Assembly (NCBI GenBank): GCA_047601445.1
Contig: JASGJH010000001.1
Coordinates: forward strand, 3,936,001-4,000,000
Origin: Myxococcales bacterium
GTDB lineage: Bacteria > Myxococcota_A > Polyangia > Polyangiales > DASUME01
Direction of reading: 5' to 3'
DNA: 64,000 bases
Shown: piece by piece, positions 9,062 to 17,446 of the stretch
Position numbering within the stretch: the first letter of the stretch is position 1
How the letters are laid out: each line of letters starts with the position of its first letter
Program-made: the position numbers and the translations under genes
The notes under the pieces: model-generated
The model's database searches: none
Told to the model about the DNA's origin: nothing
Seen by the model: the letters and a program-made list of their open reading frames with translations, nothing else

Positions 9062-10591
9062 ATGTCGAACGCGGCCGTACAGCAAGCCTCCCCGAGCAGC
9101 GCCAAGGCTCTGGACTACGAGGTCATCATCGTGGGCGCAGGCTTCGGTGGCATGGGCGCCGCCATCCAGCTCAAACGCATGGGCATCGACCGCGTGCTGA
9201 TCCTGGACCGCGAGGACGACGTCGGCGGCACCTGGCACATGAACACCTATCCCGGCATCGCCGTGGACATCGCCTCCACCACCTATTGCTACTCGTTCGA
9301 GCCGAACCCGCGTTGGAAGCGCCTGTACGCCAAGGGTGACGAGCTCAAGGCCTACGCCCTCCACGTGGCGCAAAAGTACGACCTACGGCGCTCGATGCGC
9401 TTTCGCTCCACCGTGGAGCGCGCAAGCTACGATGAAGCGGCGCGCACCTGGACGGTGGTGCTCTCGGACGGGCAGAGCTTCAGCGCACGGGTGCTGGTGC
9501 TGGCCACCGGCTTTCTGGCGCAACCCAAGCTTCCCGACATCGCAGGGCTCGCCTCCTTTCGGGGCAAGACCATCCACACGGCGCGCTGGGATCACGACTA
9601 CGATCTGAGCGGCAAGCGTGTGGCGGTCATCGGCACCGGGGCGACCTCGGTGCAGCTCCTGCCGGAGATCGCCACCAAGGTCCAGCAGCTCGACGTGTAC
9701 CAACGCACCCCGATCTGGGTGGTGCCCAAGGTCGACCTGAAGATCCCGGGGGCGGTCCAGGCGCTGTTCGAGAAGCTTCCGCTGGCGCAGCGCATGGTCC
9801 GCTTCACGACCTCGTCCATCCTCGAAGTGATCATGGTGGTGGGCGCCCTCCATTACGGTCAGTTCTGGTTCTTCACGCATATCCTCGAGTGGTTCTGCAG
9901 ACAGTTTCTGGCGTTCCAGGTGCGCGACTCGGCGCTGCAAGAAAAGCTCACGCCGAGCTACAGCTTCGGCTGCAAGCGCCCCACCTTCTCCAACGACTAC
10001 TTTCCCACCTTCACGCGAAAGAACGTGGAGCTCGTCACCGACGGCATCGTGCGCGTAGAGAGCGACGGCATCGTCACTCGCGACGGTCGGAAGCGCGACA
10101 TCGACGTGCTGATCTTGGCCACCGGCTACAAGGTGTGGGAGCGTGGAAACTTCCCCCCCTTCCCGGTGCACGGACGGCAAGGCGTGGAGCTCGGGGATTA
10201 CTGGGAGGAGAACGGCTTCCAGTCCTACGAGGGCATCACGCTGCACGGCTTTCCCAACTTCTTCTACTATGCCAGCCCCTACGCGTTCACCGGGCTCTCC
10301 TACTTCTTCGCCATCGAGGCGCAGATGAGGCACATGGCGCGCGCCCTGGGTGCGATGCAAGAGGCGCGAGCCAACGAGGTCGAGGTGCGTGCGCCGGCCC
10401 AGGCTTCGTTCGTGGCCAGCATGCGCAAACGCCTGCGCAGCACGGTCTTCAGCGCGGGCAACTGCGCCACCTCGAACAGCTACTACTTCAACCAACACGG
10501 CGAGTCCCCCTTGCTGCGTCCCACGCCCACCGCGAGCGCGCTGTGGAGCGCGGGGCACTATCCGATCGAGGACTACGAGTTGAGGTCGTGA
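9062..10591 (+). CDS. Flavin-containing (Baeyer-Villiger type) monooxygenase
   Basis: GAGFGG, GGTWHMNTYPG, fingerprint FRGKTIHTARWD, second Rossmann motif GTGAT. Confidence 0.92.
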   Translation: MSNAAVQQASPSSAKALDYEVIIVGAGFGGMGAAIQLKRMGIDRVLILDREDDVGGTWHMNTYPGIAVDIASTTYCYSFEPNPRWKRLYAKGDELKAYALHVAQKYDLRRSMRFRSTVERASYDEAARTWTVVLSDGQSFSARVLVLATGFLAQPKLPDIAGLASFRGKTIHTARWDHDYDLSGKRVAVIGTGATSVQLLPEIATKVQQLDVYQRTPIWVVPKVDLKIPGAVQALFEKLPLAQRMVRFTTSSILEVIMVVGALHYGQFWFFTHILEWFCRQFLAFQVRDSALQEKLTPSYSFGCKRPTFSNDYFPTFTRKNVELVTDGIVRVESDGIVTRDGRKRDIDVLILATGYKVWERGNFPPFPVHGRQGVELGDYWEENGFQSYEGITLHGFPNFFYYASPYAFTGLSYFFAIEAQMRHMARALGAMQEARANEVEVRAPAQASFVASMRKRLRSTVFSAGNCATSNSYYFNQHGESPLLRPTPTASALWSAGHYPIEDYELRS

Positions 10592-10623
10592 AGGGGGGTT
10601 GAAACCGTACGTTGACCTGGACG

Positions 10624-10647
10624 CCGCGGCCATTGCGTTGGCCGCGG
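10624..10647. terminator. GC-rich hairpin between convergent genes
   Basis: CCGCGGCCA-ttgcgt-TGGCCGCGG, about 30 nt after the monooxygenase stop; no U-tract. Confidence 0.4.
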
Positions 10648-10871
10648 GCGCGTCCGCGCTCGTCCTAGAGAACGGGGCACAGACGCTCACGCACGCCGTC
10701 GCCATTCAAGTCAAAGTCCACGTCGCCGCCCAGGTCGAGGTCGACGGACAGGCTCCAGATCTCGCACCAACGTTGCTGTTCGTGAGCGCGCTAGCCTCCG
10801 TTCTCCGTCACGGGAGCGTCAACGGCCACACAGGACACGATCACGATCAGAACTGGGGTTTGACCTCCGTT

Positions 10872-11306
10872 CTACGGAAAAGTCATCACCGGGATCTCGC
10901 TCTGCCGCACCACGGCCTGCGACACGCTCCCCACGAGGGCCCGCCGCACGCCTCCTTTGCCCGTGGTGCCGAGGCAGATCAGGTCCGCGCCCGTGCGCTC
11001 CGCTTCGGCCCCGATGAGCCGCTTGGGCTCGCCATCCAGCACGCGGCAGCGCACACGTCCCACTAGCTCGGGAGGCACCAAGCGCGCGAGCTCCTGCTCC
11101 AAGAACGCCATGTAGCGCCGTGATTGCTCGGGGGTCGGCCACGGCACGCCGAGATTCGGCTCCGTGTCACCCAGGTACATCTCCGGGTGCACGTGCAGCA
11201 GGTCGACGGTGCTGCCTTCGCGTCGGGCCAGGCTGAACGCAAACTCCAGCGCGCGCTCGGAAGGCGCCGAGAAGTCATGGGCAACCAGGATGTGCTGATA
11301 CGTCAT
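10872..11306 (-). CDS. Universal stress protein (USP)
   Basis: ILVAHDFS, ADLICLGTTGKGG..RALVGSVSQAVV; GGAGG RBS. Confidence 0.92.
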   Translation of the reverse strand: MTYQHILVAHDFSAPSERALEFAFSLARREGSTVDLLHVHPEMYLGDTEPNLGVPWPTPEQSRRYMAFLEQELARLVPPELVGRVRCRVLDGEPKRLIGAEAERTGADLICLGTTGKGGVRRALVGSVSQAVVRQSEIPVMTFP

Positions 11307-11385
11307 CGCGACCTCCAGGCAACCGTTCACGACATCGGCCGTGCTCCGCTCCTGAGCGAAGCGCTGCTCCGAGCGCGAAGGCGCT

Positions 11386-11667
11386 TCAGTTCTGAGGCTC
11401 CACCAGGCGGCGGCGGATGCTCTCCATGGCGCCTTTCACCTCGCGCACGATGGTCGCGCTCTTCTGGCCGATGGTCTCGGCAGGCTCTTGCAGGTGCGCT
11501 CGCGTCCTGCGCAGGTCCTCCTCGATCTGCTGAAAGCGCTTTTCCACACGCTCGAGCTCGTCCTTGAGGTCGGCCTTGGCCAGATGTGCCTTGAGACGCA
11601 GCTCCTCGCGGATCGTGCGCATGGCGTCCAGCTCCTGCGTGAAGTCGAACTTTGCTTTGTCGTCCAT
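11386..11667 (-). CDS. Small coiled-coil hypothetical protein
   Basis: GGAG RBS; amphipathic helix IREELRLKAHLAKADLKDE; own sigma-54 motif upstream. Confidence 0.7.
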   Translation of the reverse strand: MDDKAKFDFTQELDAMRTIREELRLKAHLAKADLKDELERVEKRFQQIEEDLRRTRAHLQEPAETIGQKSATIVREVKGAMESIRRRLVEPQN

Positions 11668-11755
11668 GTTCCGTTCTCCCATTCGTGCGCGGTCTCCCGC
11701 GCGGTGCTCTCTACGGCTCGGTGCGCCCAACTTCGACGTCACGTCGAGATTACTA

Positions 11756-11771
11756 AGCAGCTCGCGTGCCA
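11756..11771 (-). promoter_or_regulatory. Sigma-54 (-24/-12) promoter
   Basis: TGGCACGCGAGCTGCT (GG-N10-GC), intergenic, upstream of 11667. Confidence 0.75.
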
Positions 11772-11779
11772 TCCGAGGC

Positions 11780-12244
11780 TCATGGCTTGGTGGCCTCGTG
11801 CTCACCGCGCAGATCCACCGGAATCATCGGCACGTCGCTCACGGACGCAACCTGCTCGGCAACGGTCGAGAAGTAGAAGTCTTTGATGCCCTTGCGGGCG
11901 CGAATCCCGAACACCAACAGACCCGGCCTGCTGCTCGCGATGTGATGCTCCAGGGCCTTGGCAGGGCTTCCCTCCAGCAGATGACAGGTGACCCGTGTGC
12001 CGAGCCGCTCCTGAATGCGCTGATGCTCGGCGAGGCACGCGCGCGCCCGCTCCAAGGCGCTGGCCGCGTGCTCGTCGGATCCGCTGGAAGCCCGTTCGAG
12101 CGCAGCAAACGCCGGAAACTCGTACACGTAGACGATGTCCAGCAAGGCGCCGAGTTCTCTGGCGATCGTGCCAGCGGCGCGGATCGTGGCGTCGGACCGG
12201 TGCGACAGGTCGACGGCGCACATGACCTTGGTGATTGGCTCCAT
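11780..12244 (-). CDS. Universal stress protein (USP)
   Basis: KVMCAVDLS, LLEGSP, FYFSTVAEQV; ATP-binding motif degenerate. Confidence 0.8.
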   Translation of the reverse strand: MEPITKVMCAVDLSHRSDATIRAAGTIARELGALLDIVYVYEFPAFAALERASSGSDEHAASALERARACLAEHQRIQERLGTRVTCHLLEGSPAKALEHHIASSRPGLLVFGIRARKGIKDFYFSTVAEQVASVSDVPMIPVDLRGEHEATKP

Positions 12245-12257
12245 GCGTCCGACCGAG

Positions 12258-12273
12258 TGCACACGGTGTACCA
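12258..12273 (-). promoter_or_regulatory. Sigma-54 promoter
   Basis: TGGTACACCGTGTGCA upstream of the USP ATG at 12244. Confidence 0.6.
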
Positions 12274-12388
12274 GCATGTTGCGGGCGCTCTGCGTGGTCG
12301 GTGAGCGTCAAACCGGTGCTGGCTGGCGAACAACCGTGAAAATCGTGCGTTCGAAGGCTGCGCCGGGCGCTGATTTTGCGCGTGGGGC

Positions 12389-13207
12389 TCAGGCGGAGGC
12401 GCGCACGTGATCGCTGCGACCATTGGGCGCGACGTTGAAGCTCAGCTCCGAGGCTTCGAACGCGAGACGCGCGTACGCGAAGTCCCCCTTCGGAAGGTGC
12501 CACTGAGCCTGTGCGGACGTGGGGATCGGTCGACCTGCGGCCAACTGGTAACCGTCGATGGGCGTGCTCCAGGGAGCGCGCACCAGGGGATGGGCCGGAT
12601 CGTAAGGGTCTTGCAGGAACCGATCGGTCGTCACGAAGGTTCTCGGAGCGCCGTCGGCGTCCACGGTCACCTGTGCGCGCACCGCGTGCGACTCGTTGCG
12701 CAGGCCCACCTCGAAGCGGTCGGCGTCGAGCTGCTTCCAGGTGGTCGCCAGGCCGATCAACATGCTGGGCGCCAGCAGGATGGCGTCGTTGAGAAAAGTG
12801 ACGAGCTCGCCGATCGCGATCTCGGGGCCCTTCTCGTCCACCACGGTGGCCACGTTGAGGGCCTTGCCCTGCATGTGCCCGGAGCCGTGGAGATAGACGT
12901 CGCGCGCGTAAACGGGGAGCACGCCGTAGAACATGATGCGCATGTAGAAGAAGCGCGCGACCTCCAGGGCGTTGTCGTATTGAAAGCACTCCGCTTGCAT
13001 CCACGGCAATTCGGGAGAGGGGCGAAACTGCCCCTTCAGATGAGCCAACACGGACCAATCGCGAGGCCGACCGACCACGCCCATGAAGCGCATGTAGCGC
13101 TGCACGACCTCGGGCATGTTGGCCAGGGCGGACTCGGTGACGGTGGCCTGTTCGAGACCCATGGTTAGTCCTGCATGGCCTACTTCGCGCTCGAATCGGC
13201 GTCTCAT
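12389..13207 (-). CDS. DUF6544-like protein
   Basis: VTE..LA.MPEVVQRY.RF.GVVG and FLNDAILLAPSML pattern; ATGA-coupled to the CBS gene. Confidence 0.7.
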   Translation of the reverse strand: MRRRFEREVGHAGLTMGLEQATVTESALANMPEVVQRYMRFMGVVGRPRDWSVLAHLKGQFRPSPELPWMQAECFQYDNALEVARFFYMRIMFYGVLPVYARDVYLHGSGHMQGKALNVATVVDEKGPEIAIGELVTFLNDAILLAPSMLIGLATTWKQLDADRFEVGLRNESHAVRAQVTVDADGAPRTFVTTDRFLQDPYDPAHPLVRAPWSTPIDGYQLAAGRPIPTSAQAQWHLPKGDFAYARLAFEASELSFNVAPNGRSDHVRASA

Positions 13208-13629
13208 ACGGGCGTCGCAACGTGGCGGAGGATGTCGTCTTGCGAGACGATGCCGACCAACTCACCGCGTGCCGTGACCACCGGCAGCGCGCCCACCTTC
13301 AGCTCAAGCATGCGGCGTGCAGCTTCCGCGATGGAATCCTCGGGGGCAATGGTGCTCACCTCGACGCGCATGACGTCGCGCACGAAGGTCTGCTCCAGGA
13401 GGCGGCCCTCCAGCGCCTTGAGTGCGGGGCTTCGCTCCGGTCCCCCCACGGCGTTGCGCAACAGATCGCGCTGGCTGAGGATGCCTACGAGCCGTGTGCC
13501 GTCGACCACGGGCAAGTGCCGAAAACGAAAATGCTCGAGATTCTGCGCGACCTTGTGGAGGTTATCCTCCTCGAACACCGAGACCACGTTGCGCGTCATG
13601 ATCTGGGATACATTGGCTTGGCCGTCCAT
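13204..13629 (-). CDS. CBS-domain pair protein
   Basis: VSQIMTRNVV, FRHLPVVD..LVGILS, VGALPVV...LVGIVS; GGAGG RBS. Confidence 0.92.
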   Translation of the reverse strand: MDGQANVSQIMTRNVVSVFEEDNLHKVAQNLEHFRFRHLPVVDGTRLVGILSQRDLLRNAVGGPERSPALKALEGRLLEQTFVRDVMRVEVSTIAPEDSIAEAARRMLELKVGALPVVTARGELVGIVSQDDILRHVATPV

Positions 13630-13690
13630 GTTGCCTCCTCGTGCGCGTCCCCCGCTCTGGCGGGGGCTGTCCGGTTATCCCAGGACGTGG

Positions 13691-13706
13691 TGCAAAGCCC
13701 GGACCA
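13691..13706 (-). promoter_or_regulatory. Sigma-54 promoter
   Basis: TGGTCCGGGCTTTGCA upstream of the CBS gene. Confidence 0.7.
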
Positions 13707-13760
13707 GCGGCTCGTCTGTCGGATGACTTCGCAACCGGACGCTCCATGGCTCACACACCG

Positions 13761-13793
13761 ACGCAAGGCTTGCGCTGAGCGCATGTTTTGCGA
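13761..13793. promoter_or_regulatory. Tandem inverted-repeat activator sites (GCGCA-N5-TGCGC-like)
   Basis: ACGCA-aggct-TGCGC (13761-13775) and GCGCA-tgttt-TGCGA (13779-13793), 55-90 nt upstream of a sigma-54 motif. Confidence 0.55.
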
Positions 13794-13794
13794 C

Positions 13795-14571
13795 TCATCC
13801 GAGGTCCACGCCGAGACGTCGCGCGAGCTCGAGCTCGATCAGCTCATGGAGGGCCCCTTCCACCTCGCGCCGCATGGCTCGCACCAGGGGAAACTCGTGG
13901 ACCGAGGCTGCCTCACCGCGCGGCGCGATGGGCTCGCCAAACACGAAACGCATGCGGACCAAGCGCGGGATCGGCAAGATCCTGGCTGGCAAGGGGATTG
14001 GGATGCCGCCCCGGCGCAGCCAGCGCGAGCCGCGCGAATAGGCGTCTCCCACGAAATCGAACAGCTCGTCGGTTCCGATGGACGCGAGGGGAACGACGGG
14101 TGCCTGATTGCGCAGGGCCGCCCGGATAAATCCGTAGCGTTGGCCCCACAGGAACTGATAGCGCAGTTCACGGGGCTTCACGGCCTCGCGCAGACCGCCC
14201 GGCAACACGAGCACGAGCTCATCACGCTGCAGCAGACGATCGACGTTGTCGGGGGTTCCGTCCACCGTGCCGGCCGAGGCCGCGAGCCAGCGCAGGAACG
14301 GAACCTTCCACCAGAGGTGCTCTCCCAGCACCCAGAGTGGGCGCCGCAGGTCCCGCCAGACCGCCGCCATGGCGAACAAGACGTCCCAACCGAACGCGTG
14401 ATTGGCCACGATCAAGCCACGCCCCTTGGGTAGCTGATCGATGCCGGCGACCTCGACCTTCAACTGAGCGCCGAGCAGGTTCACCGCGGAAAACAGGCGG
14501 TCCGCGCGCTCCTCGTCGAAGACCGAAGGGAAGTCCTTGTACTCCTCACGAAAGCCATCGATCGCGCGCAT
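13795..14571 (-). CDS. Lysophospholipid/PlsC-family acyltransferase
   Basis: NHAFGWD (HX4D), VLPGGLRE, GFIRAAL...PVVP. Confidence 0.88.
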   Translation of the reverse strand: MRAIDGFREEYKDFPSVFDEERADRLFSAVNLLGAQLKVEVAGIDQLPKGRGLIVANHAFGWDVLFAMAAVWRDLRRPLWVLGEHLWWKVPFLRWLAASAGTVDGTPDNVDRLLQRDELVLVLPGGLREAVKPRELRYQFLWGQRYGFIRAALRNQAPVVPLASIGTDELFDFVGDAYSRGSRWLRRGGIPIPLPARILPIPRLVRMRFVFGEPIAPRGEAASVHEFPLVRAMRREVEGALHELIELELARRLGVDLG

Positions 14572-14583
14572 GCAACTCGCCGT

Positions 14584-14599
14584 CGCAAAGGACGGGCCA
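14584..14599 (-). promoter_or_regulatory. Sigma-54 promoter
   Basis: TGGCCCGTCCTTTGCG upstream of the ATG at 14571. Confidence 0.7.
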
Positions 14600-14647
14600 G
14601 AACGCGCCGCAGTATTCGCAGGCGGCCGTTGCGCGCGGCTCGAGACG

Positions 14648-15151
14648 CTAGGCAGGCCCCTGCGAACTCTCGCCGGCTGCAATCTCGTCGGTGCGCTCGC
14701 CGGCCCGGCTCGGCACGACCAGCACGGGCACGAGGCTGTCGCGCAGCACCCGCTCCGACACGCTCCCCAACAGGACACGCTGCATGGCCCCTTTTCCGGT
14801 GGCCCCCAGGCACAGCAGGTCCGCGCCGATTTCGTTCGCGCACGCCGAAATCTGCGCGGCCGGCTCTCCGCGGCGAACCAGGTAACGCACGCGCTCGCCG
14901 GCGGTGGGATCCACCGTGTGCACGAAGCGCTGGAGCTCGAGCTCCAGGAAGCGCAGATAGCGCTCGGTTTGCCCCTCTTGGGCGCCGGTGAGCCCGGCCT
15001 CCATATCGGCCCGCCCGCCGTAGGGCTCCGAGTGCACGTAGACCACGGAGACTCGTGCTTCCAGGGCGGCCCCGAGCTTGAGGCCGAGCCGCACGGCCCG
15101 GCGGGCAGGTTCGGAGAAATCGCAGGCAACCATCAGCTCTCGCACACTCAT
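14648..15151 (-). CDS. Universal stress protein (USP)
   Basis: LMVACDFS, ADLLCLGATGKG..RVLLGSVSERVLR; GGAGG RBS; paralog of 10872-11306. Confidence 0.92.
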   Translation of the reverse strand: MSVRELMVACDFSEPARRAVRLGLKLGAALEARVSVVYVHSEPYGGRADMEAGLTGAQEGQTERYLRFLELELQRFVHTVDPTAGERVRYLVRRGEPAAQISACANEIGADLLCLGATGKGAMQRVLLGSVSERVLRDSLVPVLVVPSRAGERTDEIAAGESSQGPA

Positions 15152-15197
15152 ATCCTCCGCTCATTTTGGCCGTCGTGCAGCCTGAGCCCTTGACTGG

Positions 15198-15213
15198 AGC
15201 AAGCCCTGGACCA
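15198..15213 (-). promoter_or_regulatory. Sigma-54 promoter
   Basis: TGGTCCAGGGCTTGCT upstream of the USP at 15151. Confidence 0.7.
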
Positions 15214-15313
15214 GGCACGCAGGCCATGGCGCAGCCGCGCCCAGGCGGGCCGCGCGGAACCTCCGCAAGCCCCGCACGCGCACCGAGTCCTCAGGTAAGC
15301 GCCAGTGCGGGCG

Positions 15314-15359
15314 GCGCAGGCTTTTCGCTGCTCTGACGGGGCCGTCGCAAATCTTGCGC
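15314..15359. promoter_or_regulatory. Pair of GCGCA-N5-TGCGC-like sites between divergent sigma-54 promoters
   Basis: GCGCA-ggctt-TTCGC (15314-15328) and TCGCA-aatct-TGCGC (15345-15359). Confidence 0.55.
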
Positions 15360-15392
15360 CGAGCCAAGCGCCCAACCCGGACGCGCAGCAGC

Positions 15393-15408
15393 TGGCACGA
15401 GCGCTGCT
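15393..15408 (+). promoter_or_regulatory. Sigma-54 promoter
   Basis: TGGCACGAGCGCTGCT upstream of AAGGAG and the ATG at 15439. Confidence 0.75.
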
Positions 15409-15438
15409 TGGGTTGGCATCGTCAAGGAGTGAAACAAG

Positions 15439-15894
15439 ATGAATGCGTCCGCTGGTACTGCAGACGACACCGCTCGAGAGCCCACCAGTGAGACGACGGC
15501 GGAGGCGCTGTTTGGCCAATTCGAGGTCGCCCTGGCCGACGCACGCAGCGCCCTCAAGCACATGGCGTTGCTGTGCTCGTTTCGTGGGCCGGCCTCCTAC
15601 GGTGCGATGACCAGCGCCGTCGAGGCATGCGTGCGCGCCCTGACGCACTATCACGCGGTGGCGCAGCACGAGATCGATGCCGAGGTGGTGCATCTACGCT
15701 TCGGCGCAGTCTTGGCAAAGCATTTTCACGCGAGCGCGCTGCGCCAGGCCGACGAACTCGACCGACTCTACCTGGCGCTCCGCGCTGCACGGAGCTGGCA
15801 AGAGCACAGTCGCGCAGTGTTCATGACCGCGCTCGTGCTGTCGGCCGAGCTCGATGCTCACGCCAGTGATCTGCGACGCGTGCTGGAACGCTGA
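15439..15894 (+). CDS. His-containing helical hypothetical protein
   Basis: AAGGAG RBS; helical pattern with several His (THYHAVAQHE, KHFH, DAH). Confidence 0.65.
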   Translation: MNASAGTADDTAREPTSETTAEALFGQFEVALADARSALKHMALLCSFRGPASYGAMTSAVEACVRALTHYHAVAQHEIDAEVVHLRFGAVLAKHFHASALRQADELDRLYLALRAARSWQEHSRAVFMTALVLSAELDAHASDLRRVLER

Positions 15895-15916
15895 GCAGGC
15901 GAGAGCCGAGCGCGGC

Positions 15917-15932
15917 TGGCCCACGGCTTGCA
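15917..15932 (+). promoter_or_regulatory. Sigma-54 promoter
   Basis: TGGCCCACGGCTTGCA upstream of the LOG ATG at 15946, at the head of the cco operon. Confidence 0.7.
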
Positions 15933-15945
15933 CTGGTGCTCGTCG

Positions 15946-16740
15946 ATGTGCAGGCAGTCCAATGAGGATCCTCTCCCGGCCTATCGAGACGACGCGTTCA
16001 TGGACGGCGATGCCGGGCGACCGCTGCGGATCTTGGCGGAGTACCTGGAGCCACTCGAACGCTTCAAGCGCCTCGAGATCACCGACACCGTGGTGTTCTT
16101 CGGCTCGGCACGCATTCGCGAAGGCGGGCCGCTGGAACGCTACTATCGCGACGCGCGCGAGCTCGCGCGCTTGCTCACCGTGTGGTCGAACGTCTTGCCT
16201 GACAAGGGCCGCTTCGTGGTCTGCTCGGGAGGCGGTGGCGGCATCATGGAGGCCGCCAATCGCGGCGCGTCGGACGCTGGCGGCCGCAGTATCGGCTTGA
16301 ATATTGGGTTGCCCCACGAGCAGCGGCCCAACCCGTTCATCACCCAGGATCTGTGCCTCGAGTTCCACTACTTCTTCATGCGCAAGCTCTGGTTCTCGCA
16401 CCTCGCCAGGGCGCTGGTGGTGTTCCCAGGCGGCTTCGGCACGCTGGACGAGCTGCTCGAAGTGCTCACGTTGAGCCAGACCCAAAAGCTCGCGCGTCGC
16501 ATCCCGATCTTGCTGTACGGCAGCGAGTTCTGGCGCCGCATCCTCGACTTCGAGGCGCTCGTGGAGCACGGCCTGATCGACCGCGAAGACCTGAGCCTCT
16601 TCGCAACGGTGGACGACCCCATGCAGGCCTTCAGCCTGTTGCGAGAGCACCTTCCGCAGCGGAGCGAGGGTCAACCGGCCTTCGCCAGCTCCAACACGAG
16701 CGCGAGCTGCATCGGCTCGCTCAAGTCGAGCGCGCGATGA
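15946..16740 (+). CDS. LOG-family (TIGR00730-like) nucleotide phosphoribohydrolase
   Basis: VFFGSAR, GGGGGIMEAANRGA, FHYFFMRK, PGGFGTLDE. Confidence 0.92.
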   Translation: MCRQSNEDPLPAYRDDAFMDGDAGRPLRILAEYLEPLERFKRLEITDTVVFFGSARIREGGPLERYYRDARELARLLTVWSNVLPDKGRFVVCSGGGGGIMEAANRGASDAGGRSIGLNIGLPHEQRPNPFITQDLCLEFHYFFMRKLWFSHLARALVVFPGGFGTLDELLEVLTLSQTQKLARRIPILLYGSEFWRRILDFEALVEHGLIDREDLSLFATVDDPMQAFSLLREHLPQRSEGQPAFASSNTSASCIGSLKSSAR

Positions 16741-17444
16741 GTCAGGCCATCTTCGCTCCCGTGCTCACGGGCGTGGGTCTCGCCGTGGCGCTGGGCCTGC
16801 ATTGCACCTTGATGTGCGGTCCCATCGCGGCCTCCACGCGCGCGCTCGGTGGACCGAGCGCCGGTGCTCGCTATGTGGCCGGACGCTTCGTGAGCTACAC
16901 GCTGCTGGGCTCACTGGCTGGCAGCGTGGGTCGCGCCTTGGTGGCCTCGCCCTGGGCCAACGCGGCTCAGCTCGTTGCCTCGGCCCTGTTTGCGGCGCTG
17001 CTCCTCAAAGCCGTGCTGACGCAGTTTGGACGAGCTCCGGCACGGCGACTCATCCCCCTGCGCACGGCGCCGCGCAAGAACTACCTGGGCTCTCTGTTGG
17101 CTCGCGTCGCACAGCAGCCATTGCTGCTCGGTTTGGCGACTGCCTTGATTCCGTGCGGCGCGTTGCTCATGGCCGTGACCGCAGCCGCCACGCTCGGGGA
17201 TCCCGTGTCGGGAGCCCTCGCGATGGCGACGTTTGCCGGGCTCTCGAGTCTGAATCTCTGGCTCGCGGCCCGCTTTCTGGGGCCCCGCAGCGAAGTGCGC
17301 TGGCAGCGCTGGCTCGCCACCTCCGCATTGCTGGCGGGCCTGCTCATCGCCTTGTGGCGTCCCTACACCCTGCTGACGGCCACGCAGCCGAGCTGCCATG
17401 CGCATCACTCCAGCCCGTGGCCCGGCTTCTTTGGAGCACACTGA
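16737..17444 (+). CDS. DsbD_2/TauE-like membrane protein of cbb3 assembly clusters
   Basis: LHCTLMCGPI, GRFVSYTLLG, LIPCG; directly upstream of ccoI. Confidence 0.82.
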   Translation: MSQAIFAPVLTGVGLAVALGLHCTLMCGPIAASTRALGGPSAGARYVAGRFVSYTLLGSLAGSVGRALVASPWANAAQLVASALFAALLLKAVLTQFGRAPARRLIPLRTAPRKNYLGSLLARVAQQPLLLGLATALIPCGALLMAVTAAATLGDPVSGALAMATFAGLSSLNLWLAARFLGPRSEVRWQRWLATSALLAGLLIALWRPYTLLTATQPSCHAHHSSPWPGFFGAH

Positions 17445-17446
17445 GC

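Noticed and set aside
14572..15129. Long N-terminus of the 444-aa acyltransferase ORF
   Set aside because: Shadow of the USP gene; a sigma-54 motif supports the start at 14571.
16802..17446. N-terminal extension of the 1013-aa ATPase ORF
   Set aside because: Overlaps the real 16737-17444 gene in another frame; ATPase motifs begin after the ATG at 17447.
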